From the NCBI GenBank assembly GCA_951406725.2, contig OX597815.1, positions 74,400,001 to 74,464,000 on the forward strand: a stretch of DNA of 64,000 bases. Direction: 5' to 3'. Shown in pieces: positions 40,199 through 53,240 of this stretch (position 1 is the first letter of the stretch; the number at the start of each line of letters is the position of its first letter). Below the pieces are notes generated by a model that was given only the letters and a program-made list of their open reading frames with translations, made no database searches and had not been told where the DNA came from. A program made the position numbers and the translations under genes. Source of the stretch: Octopus vulgaris. Its lineage: Eukaryota.

Positions 40199-41896
40199 CT
40201 GAAAAGTAAATAAGATAGCAATAAATATTTGAGTGACACCTAGCAAGTCAACAGAAACTAGGAATGAGGACATGTTCATAAAAACACAGTCATATTGGTC
40301 TCAAATAATTGGATATAAAATTGTCAGGTTGTTCCATAAATTATCTAACTTTTACCCCAATATTTAAATTCATAAAAATAATAAATGATTTATCATAAAT
40401 CTAATTTACATTTTATTTTACTATTAATGATAATTTGTCAATCAGTCAAGAGCTTTTTGAATGCCATGATTTTAAAATGTAAGAGATATTAAAATAACAG
40501 AGACACAAAGACTGGTTTTTAGGTTACCTAAGGAAGCGAATAGTTTTTTATTAAGATACTTCTAATAATTATCTCATGAATGGTTGCTAATTCAAACAAG
40601 AGAATAAAGAAAGATAACATTCAGGAATTTCTGCAAGAAGGCATTATTTCAGTTTAATTACGTGTCTCTTGTTATGGTAACAATGAATTCATAACCTTTT
40701 GCCTTTCCTGAAAGCTTCCACTTTATCTTCAATGTTGATAGTATACCTCACATGGCATAGCGCCCTATGAGCATTTTTTCAGAATGCAAAATAAAGTTGT
40801 AAAAGCAAAGAGCAGAATAAATGTTAATATACTCTCAATTATCAATCTGTTGTACTAATTTTCTCCAAAGTGAAAATTTTATTCTGTATATATGAATGAA
40901 TGATTGAAAATAGTCATTTTTAAAATAATTCTTTGAAAGTTTCTAACCCAGTTCTTTGGTAGCTATGGAACACTTAAATGTAGAGTCAATCATCTAGACT
41001 GCTGAATCTGTCAAACTTTAGTCACAATCATTGACCTTTTTGAAATCCTCATCGTTATAAATCACTTGGTATATCTTCTGTAGCTCCAAGAGGTATGGCA
41101 TTCCCTCGCTTTTACTATGTAAATGCAGATTTTGTATGCAGGCAGTCCTGTTTACTGACTGTTGGCAAAGTACATGACAAGATATGACCATATCAGTAAC
41201 ATAAACATCTGAAAAATTAAGCTTAAACAACAAGACACACATGTCATTTCTTTCTATTTAGAAAACAGCATCACTCAAAAGATAACCTGATATCATTATT
41301 ATTAATGGTAGAATGGAAACAACTTACGATTAAATAGAGTCTTAATTTCAGTGACAATAATGTAATATAAGACTGTAAGTGTGGATTTTTAAGACTTAGA
41401 GCTTGAATTCATTAGCAAAGAGGCATAGACACAGGGAAGTGTGTGTATGTGTATGAAACATACACTGGCTATTCCAAAGCTATTAGTTTCATGCTTGGCG
41501 TGTCATACAGCCAACAATACATCACTAGACATATAGTTTCCCTGGGAAAATGTGTCTATTTTTTTTTGGCATATTTGTGTCTATAGCCAAGTGAGTTTGA
41601 TTCATGAACTGAGCTGTGTATTGTGTTAAGCAAGACACTTTATTTCATGTTGCTCCAGTTCACTCAGCTGTAAAAATGAACTGTGATGTCACTGGTGCCA
41701 AGCTGTATCAGCCTTGCCTTTCGCTTCAATAACATTGGTGGCATGGGGTGGTGAGGTTAGCATGCAGAGGCAACTGCTGGTCTTTCATAAACAACCTTGC
41801 CCAGACTTGTGCCTTGGAGAGTAACCTTCTAGGTGCAATCCCATAGTCATTCATGACTGAAGGGGGTCTTTACCATATATATATATATATATATAT

Positions 41897-42218
41897 ATTT
41901 ATAAAAATATGGTAAAGTAACAGACGGGTATGTTTGATTCTTAGTATTTTCAAATCTAAATCAGAAGAAATCTCTGAGCTGATGAAGGAAAAGTGGCGTT
42001 TTACCCACAAATCCAGAAACAGACTGTCCTCGGGTATCGTATATGGATGTGATCTTTCATTGTTTTTCCCTTATACCTATGTGAGTTATTTTCTGAGTAT
42101 GCATTGTCTGGAGACTTTTATTTGCAGTTGAAGAAATAGCCATATTTTTGGCTGCTATTTCTGAAAAGTTCGGTGTGTGGTAAAGTGAATTTTTTTACTT
42201 TACCATATTTTTATAAAT
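41897..42218. mobile_element. MITE with perfect 24-bp TIRs inside (TA)n
   Basis: ATTTATAAAAATATGGTAAAGTAA (41897-41920) and its exact reverse complement (42195-42218), flanked by (TA)n. Confidence 0.75.
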
Positions 42219-43558
42219 TTTATATATATATATATATATATATTCTACATGTATAACGACACCTCTAATTATTAACCCACTAGTATATTATAATATAATT
42301 TTCTCTGAAGGCACATAGCCAAGTGGTTAGGATATTGAGCTCATGATCATAAGGCTGTGGATTCAATTCCTGGACCTGGCAATGATAAAACAAAGTGTCT
42401 TGCTTAAGAGCACTTCATTTCACATTGACCAACTCTGCAGAAAATCAGTACTATTGATGCAGTTCTTTCTCCTTCCAGCTGTCACCTCCTTGATGATCTA
42501 CTGCAAAAGAGTACCGTTGCCTGTTTGTGACTAGATAGGCACCTAAAAAAATTAGCAAAACCATGGTACATGCTACCAGATTATACCTGTTTGTGAGTGA
42601 TGGCTAAGAAAGATTTTAACACTGAGATTTTGAGATCCGAAAATATGTTATATTAAAATTTCTTAACTTTTTGATGCATTGTGTCCAAAAACAATGTGAA
42701 ATATAGGATGCATATTATATGGGCTGTAGAGAATAGGGGTTAATGACACATGGTGTTAATTATGATGGAACCCCAAAATGTTAATAGGGCAGGATATATA
42801 CTGATAGAAATCTAAAGGTAATCAGTGATAATATACGAAATGAATAAATCAAATTATCTATCAAAACGCATCCTCACCACACAAGTTTCAAATTACAATT
42901 AATGTAGACCTACAAGAATAGACATATTTAAAATAACAGAACAAACAAAAGGACTCTGCTAAAAAAATATAAATTTAGGAAAAAATCACAAATATAGGTG
43001 CATCCAGGAGTGTGTAGTTAAGAAGTTTGCATCCCAACTATGTGGTTTAGAGTTTCACTCCACTGCACAGTGCCTTAGAGCCAATGTCTTCTGCTATGGC
43101 CTTAGACTAACCAAAGCCTTGTGAGATAATTTGGTAGGCAGAAACTGAAAGAAGCCCTGTCATATTCACTCATCTATGAGCAGTGACGATACTGTCATCT
43201 CCATTGTCAATGGGCTGCCTGCTGATTTTATGCCTTCAAAGATATCTGGAATAAGATATCCTTTATCGACAGGTGAAGTATTTGGCATCATAAGACAATG
43301 CTTCAATAATATATTCATATAACTGATGCTAGCAAGGGAAAACAGACACATAAGTGAACAAAACAAACAAACGAATTAAACTATGAGAAACATGGAAAGC
43401 TTAAGCTCAAAAGAGAGCAATAAACATAACGGAATGAGACTAAAAACAAAACCATCTCAACAAGACATGGACTGAATACAAAGTTAAGCTTTAAGCAATA
43501 TCACTAAATGTTTCTATCTACAAATCTACATAGCAAGGTTAGCAAGCAGCAAACTGAC

Positions 43559-43649
43559 CTGTCCATTTTTCACTTGAGATTTCATGGATACAGCTTGTCC
43601 TAAACTGCCCCGAAATTGGTCCTCTTGTTGATTGATGTAAGCAGAATTT
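43559..43649 (-). CDS. TOM1L2: TOM1/TOM1L2-like exon (NSAYINQQEDQFRGSLGQAVSMKSQVKNGQ)
   Basis: ttctAG to GTCAGT, 91 nt, phase 2-0, fitting both neighbours. Loosely aligns with TYEDPQAVGGLASALDNRKQ. Confidence 0.8.
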
Positions 43650-45084
43650 CTAGAAATGACAGAAACGAAAATTGGTGTTAGGGTAAGAAAGTAAGAAAAT
43701 AAATAGTAAAGGTTTTGTAAAATATGCAAACTATAACTCCCTAAAGAATATTTATGAATTTTAACTGAACTATAATACCTTATTCATGTCTTTCAACAAT
43801 CATAATTATCATCATCATTTAACGTTTGTCTTCCATGCTGGTATAGGTTGGATGGTTTGACAGGAGCCAGTCAGGTAGAAGACTACACCAGGCTACTATG
43901 TCTGTTTTGGCAAGGTTTTTATGGCTGGATGCCCTTCCTAACACCAACAACCCTGGACTGAATGATTTTTACATGGCACCAGCACAGGTGAGAGTCAGTT
44001 TATTGTTATCGTTTAATATCTGTTTTCTATGTTTTGCACGGTTTTACAGGATCTGGCACACTGCAGGGTGGCACTGAGCTCCAAATGTCACCTTTCCAAC
44101 ATCAAACACTCAATGGTGTGTACTGTTTTTTTTTTTTTGTGCTACCAGCACTAGTGAGGTCACCAAGTTACTTGCAAGACAGGAAAGAACAGGGAAAAGG
44201 GGAAAAAACCCTTGAGTAAATGTGGAGAGTATTTGAAAGGGGTAGGTGGTATGTTGAGTCTTGAGAAACTAAAGCATGACAGAAGGATAAGAATAGATGT
44301 TTTGCTTTAGAGGAGATACATAGCTATCTGTGTGTATAATTAACTCTGCATCATAAAAATATCTTCAAGACTAGAAAATATTATACACATTGTTTTACAA
44401 AGTATTAGACACTTTACCTACTATTCTATTAATGCACACATTCCTGAGACGACATTACAAGAAAATGCCATCTTTTCCACAGGCAGGCCTATATTCCCCA
44501 ATACATTATGATGTCAAGGCTCAGTGTAAAGCAGTGTTTTCTTTCTGGTAGCAAAACCTTCATTCATGAATGCTCTTGAACCACTGAATCACTCACTGTT
44601 GAGCTTTGCTTTTCTCTTGTCTCTTTCAACCACTGCAATAGCCTACATTGCTGAACTTGTTCATTCTATGCTATCCTGCCGAAACACAGTAAAAGTATTT
44701 CTTATTGCACCTCCTTTTACTCAATCACTCCACTCCTTCAATACTCAATACTGAAGATTTTATCCAAGAGTTCTATAGAACTGCAATTGTTTGTAATTTA
44801 TCTCTTACTCCTTTTAGTAAGAATCCTAACACAACACGAACCAGACAGACCTCACACTATGTTACCTTGATCATTTGCTGTGATAAGAAAACTCATGCCA
44901 GCATGGGAAAAGCAAACATGTGGCTGTGCGGTAAGAAGCTTGCTTCCCAACCATATGGTTTCAGGTTCAATCCCACTGTGTGGCCCTTGGGCAAGTGCCT
45001 CCTACTATAGCCTTGGGCTGACTAAAGCCTTGTGAGTGGATTGGTAGACAGAAACTGAAAAGAAGCCACTCGTATGTGTGTATA

Positions 45085-45133
<49 letters not shown>

Positions 45134-45339
45134 GTGTGTGTGTGTGTATTTGTCCCCCCACCATCACTTGACAACCGATGTTGGTGTGTTTATGTTTATG
45201 TAACTTAGCAGTTTGGCAAAAGAAACCGACAGAATAAGTACTAGGCTTACAAAGAATAAGTCCTGGGGTTGATTTGCTCGACTAAAGGCGGTGCTCCAGC
45301 ATGGCCACAGTCAAATGACTGAAACAAGTAAAAGAGTAA

Positions 45340-45700
45340 TGTTGTTCCATATCGTTCATTGACAGCCATGTATATCCTCATTATTTCTAAGCAGTATTCT
45401 TTGTTCAACTGGTTGATGAACTTACAATCTCACTAATGCAGGTGCTCTTTCATGAATTGAAAATCCTAAAATGTATGCAACTGCTTCAGATGGTCCAATA
45501 CACATACCCGTTAAATATTGACTAATTTCGTTATCATTGTTTATTTGAACAGCAGCTTGGTCATTTCCTTTCAGCATGTACTTGGTGACCTTACCAAAGC
45601 AACGATTTCCACATTGCAGTGGAATTTGAATGCTCTTAAAAGAGTTTCATTATAAGGTACAAGCCATTTGTTGTTTGTTTTTCCATTATGAGATTCAACT
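45340..45700 (-). mobile_element. Helitron Rep-helicase fragment
   Basis: Manual translation NNKWLVPYNETLLRAFKFHCNVEIV / KYMLKGNDQA...NEISQYLTGMCIGPSEAVAYILGFSIHERAPALVRL matches Helitron Rep motifs (WVVPYN, HINVE, KY..KG.D, SEA..RI.GF.IH). Absent from the ORF track. Confidence 0.8.
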
Positions 45701-46347
45701 CCTACCATTGCAACTGATCTTCATCTACAAAGAGATAGTCTCAGTTTTTCTGTCTTTTGATTAAGATGATAAAGATTAATATTTTATTTTAAATAAAATA
45801 GTAATTTTCCTTTAAGGAAAAAAAAAATAAGTACTCGTGATGCAAAAAAATATCTCATAAAAATATAAGGAGAATTTGTATCTTTCAACTCATGGCACTC
45901 TGAAAGTTGTATAATTGAAGAAAAGTTGTATAAATGAAGGAAAAAAGAAAAAAATGAAGTAAAAAGTAAGTAAGAAAAAACGACGGATGGGGTAGCTGTG
46001 ATGACTTTAAAGTCACAAATTGACATTTTCAACTTGATTTTTTTTTCTTAAAGAGGGAAATAACTGTTTTATTTGTAATCTTTATCATTTTAATTAAAGG
46101 GCAGGAAAACAGACAAACTTTGAGTTTTAGTATAGTATATATATATATTTATCATCATTTAATGTCTGTTTTCCATGCTGATATGGATGTTAGGCAGTTT
46201 GATGAGCCACAGAACTGCATTGTGCTCCATGTCAGCTCTGGTTTCCATGTCTAGAGATGACCTTCCTAACAGCAACCATTTCACAGTGTGTAACCAGATA
46301 GATAGACACTTGTTTGATCACTATATATGACTATGGATATTACTTAC

Positions 46348-46495
46348 CCCATATTCTTTCTACTCTGATCAAACGATTGTCTGGATTGGGCAAACATATC
46401 AAACTCTGTATCCTGTGTGCCTGTTGAAGACCGATTCATTGCAGTAGTACTGCTGATTTGTCCAAGTGTGCTGCTTATGCTGCCAGAATTCAAAC
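46348..46495 (-). CDS. TOM1L2: TOM1/TOM1L2-like exon (LNSGSISSTLGQI...EFDMFAQSRQSFDQSRKNM)
   Basis: tacAG to GTAAGT, 148 nt, phase 1-2. Contains the conserved FDMFAQ[ST]R motif. Confidence 0.9.
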
Positions 46496-47239
46496 CTGTA
46501 AATATTCAGACAATAATGAAACAAACCTTAAAAGAAGATGATGTATATATAATACGGAGGCCAAGGTGTGGTTGAGTAGTTAAGACGGTTGTTTCCCCCA
46601 ACCACATGATTTCAAGTTCAATTCTACTGCAAAGTACCTTGGGCAAGCATGTTCTAACATTAACCCTGGACTCAGTGTGTGTGTGTGGGGGTGTGAATAT
46701 GCATGCATGTATGCCTGTTTGTGTATTTGTTAACATTAGTGCTTTTAAAGCAACAAATCATTGGTTACAGAGTTTCCAATGGTCAAACTAGTGGTTCATT
46801 GCATTTCTGATGGTGACAAGGGAGTACCTTTAGCTCAGTGCAAAACAAATACTGTAATGAACCTCATAAAAAAAGGATCAGTTATCACACTGATGTTTAT
46901 GTCCTTCAGCAAAAGATATACACATATGTACACACAAACATCCTGTGACTGTCCTTTATGGAGGGATGTTGTGCATCATACTATGTTGCATCAATCTTGC
47001 ACAGCATCCCACCCATAAAGGACAGTTGCAGGATGGGTTGAAATGACTGTTGTACAAAATACAAATTCCATTTTCTGTTAATTGATTATTATCTCAACAA
47101 ACACTGCAGAATTCCTGAAGTAGACCCAAAGGATATATACCTTAACTGTGGATGACACCAGGTAGCCATAACTGTGCTAGTGCTTTACTCCACACATCAG
47201 CACACTAATTGAAGTATACTCATTAGTCCAAAATATTAC

Positions 47240-47271
<32 letters not shown>

Positions 47272-48359
47272 GTCTTGTACCAGTTGCACATAAAATGCAT
47301 CATTCAAGCATGGTTCTTCTTATGTCTGTTGTAAAAACAGAGCATCTATCAAATAGGCATGGTGCAGGGGCTAGCTCACTTTGCAACCATATGGCTTTGG
47401 GTTCAATCGTACTGCATGGCACTTTGCACAGTTTTTTGTTTTTCCCCAACAATAGCTTTGAGTTTATTAAAGCTGAAAAGAAATCTTCACAAACTGTTAT
47501 TCAGAGTTTCATGTAACTGTTAGTCAGACAGTTGTGATAATCACAATATATATATATCATCGTCATTGTCATCATTTAATGTCCATTTTCCATGCTGGCA
47601 TGGGGTGGACGGTTGGCAAGCCAAAAGGCTGCACCAGGCTCCAATCCGATCTGGCAAAGTTTCTACAGCTGGGTGCCCTTCCTAATGCCAACCACTCCGA
47701 GAGTGTAGTGGGTGTTTTTTACGTGCCACTGGCACGAGGGCCAGTCAGGCAGTACTGGTATCGACCACACTTGGCACTGTTTTTACAACAGACATAAGAA
47801 GAACCTAAATCATTGTTGTAATACAAATTCAGTATGTAGGCAAAACTAGATCCCAATCTGCAGTACATTAACTGGGCAAATGCTTTTGGTTAAGCAAAGG
47901 TTTGTGAGTTGGTAAACGGAAATGAAGTGGAAGGTCATTAAATATGTGGTGTGTGCCGATATGTACGTGTGTGTGTGGGGGGGTTAAAAATATTTTCTAA
48001 ATATATCAAGAGGGGGATGTGCCTCAATCTATGGTATTTATTCTTGATCTGTCTTGGTCATTTCCCTTTACAAAAAAACAACTCTACTGTTCATCTTTCT
48101 CAGAGATTGAAAACAGGTTAATATAATCAACTTATAGCTCTTGAAGATGTATTAAGGTGGCAGTCAAATGACTGAAACCAGTAAAAGAAAGAAAGAAATG
48201 TATATATTTTTATTCTCCTTCATGACTGCTAATATGCAATAAAAAAAAATTCTTTCCTTTCCCCAGACAGAGAAGAAGGTTTTCAACAAATTATTGAACA
48301 GAATATTTATAAATAGCAGACAAAAAAACAGAAAAAAAAAAAGAGAGAAAACTACTAAC

Positions 48360-48468
48360 TCATGCCTGCTAGCTGGGTGTGAATATCTGACTGTCCTGTC
48401 TGCTGGGCACCATCTTCACCTAAATCAATAAGGTTGCCAACATTTGAAGACTGACTGGATGCCTGAAC
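48360..48468 (-). CDS. TOM1L2: TOM1/TOM1L2-like exon with NLIDLG clathrin-box-like motif (VQASSQSSNVGNLIDLGEDG...TQLAGM)
   Basis: ccAG to GTTAGT, 109 nt, phase 0-1. NLIDLG and QLAG are shared with TOM1L2. Confidence 0.88.
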
Positions 48469-49262
48469 CTGGTATATAAAAAAGAGAAAATGATTCAGAA
48501 ATTATCAATTGTTTCAACAACTTGAATTCACTAAACTACAAAATAAACTATTCAGTTGTGTTGTTCCACTTAGAATTAATTTGTAGCTATCAAGTGTCAT
48601 TTTCTTATAAATGGATTTCATTATTATTATTATAGGTTGTAGATGGATTGGTATTACAAAGATCAAAGTAGGTTCTCTTCAACAACATTTACAGGTTTTA
48701 CCAGCTGATATGACATTAAATAAGAAAAAAAAGAAAAGAAAAAACATCCTGTGTTAAGGAAAAGGTGACATATGCAGATGTTACCTTGCAGCCTTGTACA
48801 ACAGTTGAAGATGATTTAATTTGAACTACTTCTTAATTGCATTTTGTTTTGACAAAAAGATGATTCAGACATTTTCACTAGTATTTATTTATTTAATGTA
48901 GATACAATTCCCCCACCCCACACACCCAAATCAAATATTTGTATTATTTTAGCACAAGTTTTTACAGCTGCATGTGTTTCCGGCAAGATATATATTAGTT
49001 CGATTAAATAAGTAACATTTTTAATAGTCTTAATACAAAGACGGAAACAGTTTTAACCAAATGACTTTGTAACCAATGTCAAACATTTTAATCCTAACAT
49101 TGGGGTCATAGATATATTTTGGCACTAAGTGGAAGAAAAATTCTATAGTCCAATGAATGTTTCCCAAGGGGAGGGGAGAAAGATAGAGAGTAATGGCTGA
49201 CTGCAAATACATAGGTGCTGAATCACATGTACAGAATCTCTTCCCTGTTGCAGTAGTAGTCT

Positions 49263-50478
49263 TTCTTGTCTTGAGACAGCATTCAGCCGGGGTGGGTTGA
49301 GCTGGCTTCATTCATCCTCAATGCTGCATCTCTCACAAACGCCGACCAGGCCTGGCAATTTGAGGCTAACGACCGTGTGATCTCTAACCACTCCTTATTC
49401 AAGCGGTGAACGCCGTAGACATGAGGGCCTAGGTTGGGTTCCAGATCAGCCTTGACTGTCATCAGCCAGGTTTTTCGTTGTCCACCACATTGCTTTCGCC
49501 AACCCTGAAGGGGAGCAGGGGCAATTGTTTCGTAGATGAATTCTCCTGGTTGACGATGGAGGGCATGACCTAGCCAATGCAGATGTCTTGTTACGATGAC
49601 TTGTTGGAGGGAGGTGATTTTGCACTGGTGTCGCACCGAATTGTTGGAGACAAAGTGATGCCACTGGACGTGAAGGATGTGGCGTAGACAGAGGTGATTG
49701 AAGGATTCTAGTTGCTTAATATCTTCCACCTTCATTGGCCATGACTCGCTGCCATAAAGGAAAATCGTTTGCACCAGTGCTTGGTAGATCAGTACTTTGG
49801 TGGTGCGTCGGATCTCAGATCTTGACCAGAGTCGTGCATTGAGTCGGTTGAAGGCTTGGTGAGCGAGGTTGATTCGTGTTTTAATGTCAGCCTCACCTTG
49901 ACCTGTGGTTGTAATGATGGTGCTAAGGTATTTGAAACCTCATCAAGAATATCACCATTGAGAACAATGGGTGTTTTGTCTGGTGGGGGCGAAGCCGGTT
50001 GTGAGGATTTTGGTCTTCGAAGCATTGATTTTCATACTAATCTGTGATGCAACATGCTGGAGCTCATTGATAGCAAACTGGACGTCAGCAAATGTTTTGC
50101 CAAGTATCGCAATGTAATCTGCGTAGTCTAGATCCTTGACGGAAACATTGTGACCAACAGTGACACCTGGGAACACCCTTAATGCATTTGTGGTGATCCA
50201 GTCGATGGCGTAATTGAAAAGAGCCGGCGAAAGAACACATCCTTGCCAAATGCCAGACCGTATTTCGAAGAGTTCCGACACTTCACCGTACACACGTACG
50301 TGGGATCTTGTTGAGCGTTGATAAGATTGAGAAGTTTAGGTGGGATACCATCTGCTTGCATGACGAGGGTGTCACGATCGATGGAGTCAAATGCAGCAGC
50401 AAAATCAACAAAGCAGATGACTGTTTTTTGCTGAAAGCACCAACGGTGTTTGAGGATTCGTCTTAGGATGAAGATTTC
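49263..50478 (-). mobile_element. 5'-truncated RTE-type LINE (RT plus C-terminal region), frameshifted
   Basis: CFVDFAAAFDSIDR, SGIWQGCVLSPALFN, DLDYADYI, LYGSESW and LHWLGH motifs; CAAGA-like tail; imperfect 13-bp TSD at 49250-49262 and 50479-50491; higher GC than flanks. Confidence 0.92.
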
Positions 50479-51232
50479 GTAGTAGCAGTCTGGTCAGTTA
50501 TGATGTGCAAATCCAGTCATTCTTTCATAATTTATTTATTTATTCTTTTAATTAGAGAAAGAAGAGTTTGAACAATGAGAAAATAATTAAAATGATATTT
50601 CAGTGTCATCTGTATGGACCAGCTCAGTGATATTAGGATTTATCAATTCTAAGAAAAAGTGGAATTAACATGTTTTTGAGACTCAATTTATGTCTTCATT
50701 AGTTAATTCTGTGGACTAGAAAAAACAAAAAACAATTTACTGATATATTTGAAATGTAGGGTCTCTGCATACTGGTGGGTTTATGAGGAGAGTGTTATTA
50801 TTATAATAAGAGAAAATAACAATGAATGCTTAGTAACATTTCTTCTAGCTCTTTATGATCTGAGTTCAAATGTTACCAAGGTTGATTTTGTTATCCAATC
50901 TTTTGTGGTCAATAAAAGAGTACCAGTTGAACAACAGGGTTGATGTGATTCACTATATCCCTCTTCCACCAAATATTGCAAGCCTTGTACTAAAATTTAG
51001 AACTATTATTATCAAAAGTGGTGAGCTGGCAGAATCGTTAGTTTGTGGGACAAAATGTTCAGCAGCATTTCTTCTGGTTTTGCATTTTGTACTTTTGAGG
51101 TTGAGTACTTGGGTCAATGTAACTGACTTAGCTCCTTCCCACAAGATTTCAGGCCTGGTACCAATAGTAGAAAGAAATATTTGCTGAAAATTTAAAATCA
51201 CTTTGCATTTTGCTCTGTTTTGTTTTGCTTAC

Positions 51233-51390
51233 CTGTTCATATGATGGTGGAAGATAGGAGTCTTGTGTTACAGGTGGAGTATTGCTTGCATCAGTGGTCT
51301 GTGAACCTGTCTGTCCAGCTCGAAACCGTTCAAATCTCTCATAACGGAGAAATACATTATTTAGGTCATCATTCACCCGTAATAATTCAC
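51233..51390 (-). CDS. TOM1L2: TOM1/TOM1L2-like GAT end ([25 protein letters not shown]...PPSYEQ)
   Basis: tacAG to GTAAGC, 158 nt, phase 1-0. Contains the hallmark [17 protein letters not shown]. Confidence 0.95.
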
Positions 51391-52408
51391 CTGTAATTAA
51401 AGAAACCAGACAATTGCAAACTGATAGTAAAGAGAACTGGGAAGAGGGCGTAAAGAAGGCCAGTCTCAAAGAATTTAAATCAAACACTAGCATATTAAAT
51501 TTCACATACGAAACAATGCCAAGAAAGAGGGAGGACATTATAGTAGAAAATACTAGGTGTTTTGCAAATGACTATGATGATGATTTTCATAGTATGATTT
51601 TGGTAACATGTATTATAAACTTAATAGGCACAGACAAGTCACAGATGCAAGCATGGCTGTGAAGCTAACAAGTTTGTTTTGCACAGCACTTTGGGGCAAG
51701 TGTCGTCTACTTGGGCAAAGCCTTGTAGGTGGATTTGGTAGACAGTAAAGAAGCCATGTTTGTGTGTGTCTACGCATGCACATGCAAGAAAGAGAGAGAC
51801 AGAGAATGTTTGCCTCCTTGTTTTGACATCATATAATGTTACATAAGCAGTGTCATTCATTTCCAATATTCTGTGGAAACATGTCTGGCCCTAGGGGAAT
51901 ATTACTTTGTTTGTAAACAGATGAGGGTTGGCAACAGGAATGGTATCTGGCCATAGAAAATCTACCTCAATAAACTCCATCTGAACCATGCAAGCAAGAG
52001 AAAGTGGACATTAAAATGATGATGGAGTTGCCTTTTCTAGTTTTACTAGTTAATAGTAAAAGAAAACAACAAAAGCTGAAAATAAATGTGTGCCATCCAT
52101 ATCTTAGAGCCCTTTCTTGTACATTCTACATACAGTATGTGCTGTACTTTATCGGACAATATTGTTTTGGCAAAGTTCTTTTATAAGCAGCCTAAGAAAC
52201 TGCCAACCTCTACAACTACCATACTTCTTGATAATTGCTGGCATTGCACAGGCATAGTTGTGTGGCTAAGAAGCTTGCTTGGTAGCCATGTAGTTTCGGG
52301 TTCAGTCCGTCTATGCGGCACCTTGAGCAAGTGTCTTCTGCCATAGCAGCAGGACAACCAATATTTTCTTAGTGAATTTTGTAGATGGAAACTGAGTGGA
52401 AGCCTGTC

Positions 52409-52463
<55 letters not shown>

Positions 52464-52733
52464 GAGATAGTTAGAAAGATAGATAGACAGACAGACAGAT
52501 AGATAGATAGATGTGTGTGTCTTTGTAATTGTGTTTGTCACTTGCAACCCATTGCTTGACAACTGGTGTTGGTTTGTTAACATCCCCATAACTTAGCAGT
52601 TCAGCAAAATAGGCTAAGTTACAGCCTTAAAAAGACAAAGAAAAAAATATATATAGTGGGGTCAATTGGTTCATTTAAAACCTTTTGCACTGGCTTATTA
52701 TAAACAATTTAGTGACAAATAAAATAAACTTAC

Positions 52734-52812
52734 TTGTGACTTCCTCATTGGCAACTTGGTCAAGTAAGTCTACAAGTCGCTGCTGCATTTGACGACAAGT
52801 TCGGTTCAGTTC
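52734..52812 (-). CDS. TOM1L2: TOM1/TOM1L2-like GAT exon (ELNRTCRQMQQRLVDLLDQVANEEVT)
   Basis: tcttAG to GTAAGT, 79 nt, phase 0-1. Close to the vertebrate [26 protein letters not shown]. Confidence 0.93.
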
Positions 52813-53240
52813 CTAAGACAAATTAGAGATGGAAAAAAAAACAGTCAACTATATCTCTTAGAAGACAATAGCAAGTATAACAAACACAAAGTCCGTGTAA
52901 AAGAGTGGGATTACTAAAACTGAACATTACAGACATAAGCACACAAGTACATGTACAAGCCCTGTTTCTATATTAAGGAAGACAGCATCAGTACCAAAGA
53001 AGAATATGGAGGTGCTATAGGGATCCATAATTGTCATGACAAAGATCTAGGTGACATTGAACACAAAACATATATTCTAGAATGAAAGCAACGAACCACT
53101 CACAGATTTGCAAGCAATTAGGTGAAGGAATAGGTGTGTGGTTAACAAGTTCACTTTTTCCAACTATAGCCCTTATGACTGGATTTGGTAGATGGAAACT
53201 AAAAGGAGCCCATTCTCTGGTACGTGTGTGTATGTTTGTG

